Origin: Novakomyces olei | Taxonomy: Eukaryota | Direction: 5' to 3' | NCBI GenBank assembly: GCA_016906335.1 | Contig: JADEYG010000015.1 | Coordinates: forward strand, 310,001-374,000 | DNA: 64,000 nt | Part shown: positions 62,901-64,000 of the stretch, piece by piece | Layout: each line of letters opens with the position of its first letter | Position numbering within the stretch: position 1 is the stretch's first letter | Position numbers and translations under genes: made by a program | Notes under the pieces: model-generated | The model's input: the letters and a program-made list of their open reading frames with translations, nothing else | What the model was told of the DNA's origin: nothing | The model's database searches: none

Positions 62901-64000
62901 TGATATCGATAGGGAGCTGCGGACCCTCATATTCTCCAGATACTTGATATGAATAGGCGACATGGCCCGGAGGAAACTAAACGTCATATCCAGCGGCTTT
63001 TCCAGCTCTTCATGGGACCGGCAAACCATCCTTGCCGTTGGCTGAGACCTGTCATAGAGCAATCTGACCCTGTTCTTCTTGTACAGCTCTCTCGCCTGCT
63101 GAGGTATATCCGTCATAGGGAAATGCAGCCCGTAAAACAAGTCCTTTGTCGCCCTCCAATCAACCAGCTCTGCTACCACCTGGCCATTATAATCCTCATC
63201 AAACTGATAAATCATGGCCCTATGGTACCCAATTATCTCTTTGATTATGCCCACCAGCACCTTGAGCAGTGTTGCCAAATCTCCAGCATCAGCCATCTGC
63301 TGGTTTACCTGCTCTAGTATTGTGAAAATTTCCATCCCGTCGTGGCGCTTAGTGCGCCTTCGTAAGCGCCTCAACGGTTTGGACACGGAAGTTGTCGACC
63401 GGTTAATAATATCCTGAGAAAGCGTACTGTCCTTGCTGTTACTGTTGCTATTGTCAAAGGGAAAGGAAGATATTTCGTCTGTGTCTGGCAGCCCACTGTC
63501 GGCATAAGTTGTAGGGTTCTGCTTGTCGTCTTCCAGCTCAAACTCTATAATAATCGGACCCGACTTGTCACGGGAAGCACGGCTGATGGCCGCCCAGCAT
63601 GCCCAGCGTTGCGTCCGCTTTTGGTTATAGCCTCGCAAGAAGAATACTTCAGAATGGCCCAAATCCGTGCCCTCGTTGTCTGCCCCGCCCGAGCTTTCGG
63701 AACCCGCATCCGACGATGCTCCATCCTCGGGTCGGGAGCGGCCGGAATCCATCTCTTCTTCCTCGTCCAACAGGGCCAACTGATCTTGCAAAATCTCCTT
63801 ATCTGCTGCCGGCAGAACATCGTAAAACGACTTCAAGGAAAACAAGAACTTTGGAGACAGTCCCAGTATGTCGCCACAGTTCTCCGAACATTGGGCCACC
63901 GTCAGCCGTCCATCTAATTCGGTATAGACAGCTATTAAAGCACCGAAACTCTGAATTGCTCCGGGGACATGGATGGGCTCGTCTTCACAGCGAAAGATCT
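59958..64000 (-). CDS. Fungal phytochrome (PAS-GAF-PHY-HisKA-HATPase-REC hybrid histidine kinase), 5' end beyond the window
   Basis: FRCEDEPIHVPGAIQSFG at the window edge, LHFPMTDIPQQARELY, LRAMSPIHIKYL, VNWAGNP, PRNSF, SHEIRTPLN, REC motifs AEDD/MDLQMP/LKP. Confidence 0.95.
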   Translation of the reverse strand, partial: IFRCEDEPIHVPGAIQSFGALIAVYTELDGRLTVAQCSENCGDILGLSPKFLFSLKSFYDVLPAADKEILQDQLALLDEEEEMDSGRSRPEDGASSDAGSESSGGADNEGTDLGHSEVFFLRGYNQKRTQRWACWAAISRASRDKSGPIIIEFELEDDKQNPTTYADSGLPDTDEISSFPFDNSNSNSKDSTLSQDIINRSTTSVSKPLRRLRRRTKRHDGMEIFTILEQVNQQMADAGDLATLLKVLVGIIKEIIGYHRAMIYQFDEDYNGQVVAELVDWRATKDLFYGLHFPMTDIPQQARELYKKNRVRLLYDRSQPTARMVCRSHEELEKPLDMTFSFLRAMSPIHIKYLENMRVRSSLSISICAFGQLWGLISCHLYGNHPMRPNFIVRKLCRLISGTVSHNIERLSYAERLRGRKLINTMSKDRTTANYIVNKAEDFLKLFDSDIAILNIGAEAKIMGKTDDFLNEVTAVREFLRDKRFNSIIASQDICGEYPDFGLLTPLSHIAGFLYVPLSNSHNDFMAFLRKCQVKEVNWAGNPYEKVIASGNNASNPLQPRNSFRVWTEKVITKCREWSQEDFDAAAFLSILYSRFIDIWRQKQSALRSSKLANLLLSNASHEIRTPLNAIVNYLELAMENPVSPEVLNNLKASHDASKGLIYVINDMLDLTQIEEGQALLKYEGFPLIRTIENALEWQKPTVSRKGVELRSNFDPDFPEYVYGDPSKFRQVITNVLANSVKHTESGTISVIGRAVEAFDDSAIVEISISDTGRGMSRKQLDSIFLNLEGIDASDATTEDASTGDKSNDRNDGNGNNGDNKKDGEAECTSKEGESDDHGAKDTEVDDGNLTSQAESRTGDGKSAQDPLGLGLAVVARIVQNMKGQLKVTSKEGVGSTFTFRFEFVRCSESNVGKSPQAAQDKADQAAQNSFSTPAMSNLTSNLASASLNNVVGNNTNSNNNNNNNNNGQQQIGGGLSVSTGNLSHDILRRHSSSSLKGESEIDQIVEDFGSPSVRSFSSSESYRAQASQASPSSVPIGSLSSSSAPLGTGQSSYKPGQNVAVNMPVSPARRSVTTVSVGASGRQTGGSGGESGSRHSSANTGHHNFAIKMDNAYISEDAKKLHGFKPPQNAGHKKKEGPMQLAQPLDTGERKPADSGSRSPSKWPLRILIAEDDPVNRAIMQKRLRIDKHRTVFAYNGLDCIDAWSQAIESEEPFDVVLMDLQMPQCDGFQAAKCIRELEKSRVFSDAQSFDSLPYPYQVHGCVPIIAVSASLPETSVKRLNDAVMDGWMLKPIDFDRLRNMFLALKDDGAKEAMLYRSDSDDWAKGGYLRTFGWWKEKRQSHNQV

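Overview
Gene-dense eukaryotic window from an intron-containing ascomycete fungus. A Taphrinomycotina-like lineage is inferred from the S. pombe-type Tup1 WD40 sequence, very short GT-AG introns with the branch point close to the acceptor, and a complex I subunit (which excludes Schizosaccharomyces). I can support about 30 protein-coding genes, most of them housekeeping: GYP7, EXO5, CDT1, two HGT1-like sugar transporters, ERG3, NAT3, CRT10, FAR11, MMM1, TOM7, FLX1-like carrier, TUP1, MPR1-like acetyltransferase, DCR2-like phosphatase, THP1/MUG glycosylase, U1-C, NDUFS8, a polysaccharide deacetylase, two histidine phosphatases, ADI1, a Gti1/Pac2 (WOPR) regulator, CENP-I/Mis6 and a phytochrome truncated by the window edge. 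I found no CRISPR array, transposon, tRNA or rRNA. Most notable observations: (1) a spliced TOM7 gene missing from the ORF track, head-to-head with MMM1, with a perfect (AAT)78 tract filling most of their 298-bp shared promoter; (2) an inverted pair of transporter genes with patchy 100%-identical tracts (gene conversion, possibly an invertible promoter); (3) an orphan protein with BNIP3/NIX-like autophagy-receptor architecture; (4) a phytochrome with a variant PMTDIP motif; (5) recurrent 11-17 bp minisatellites and telobox motifs near gene ends. Exon boundaries were read by eye and family calls come from remembered motifs, not database searches. No clearly new multi-gene system is demonstrable from this sequence alone.
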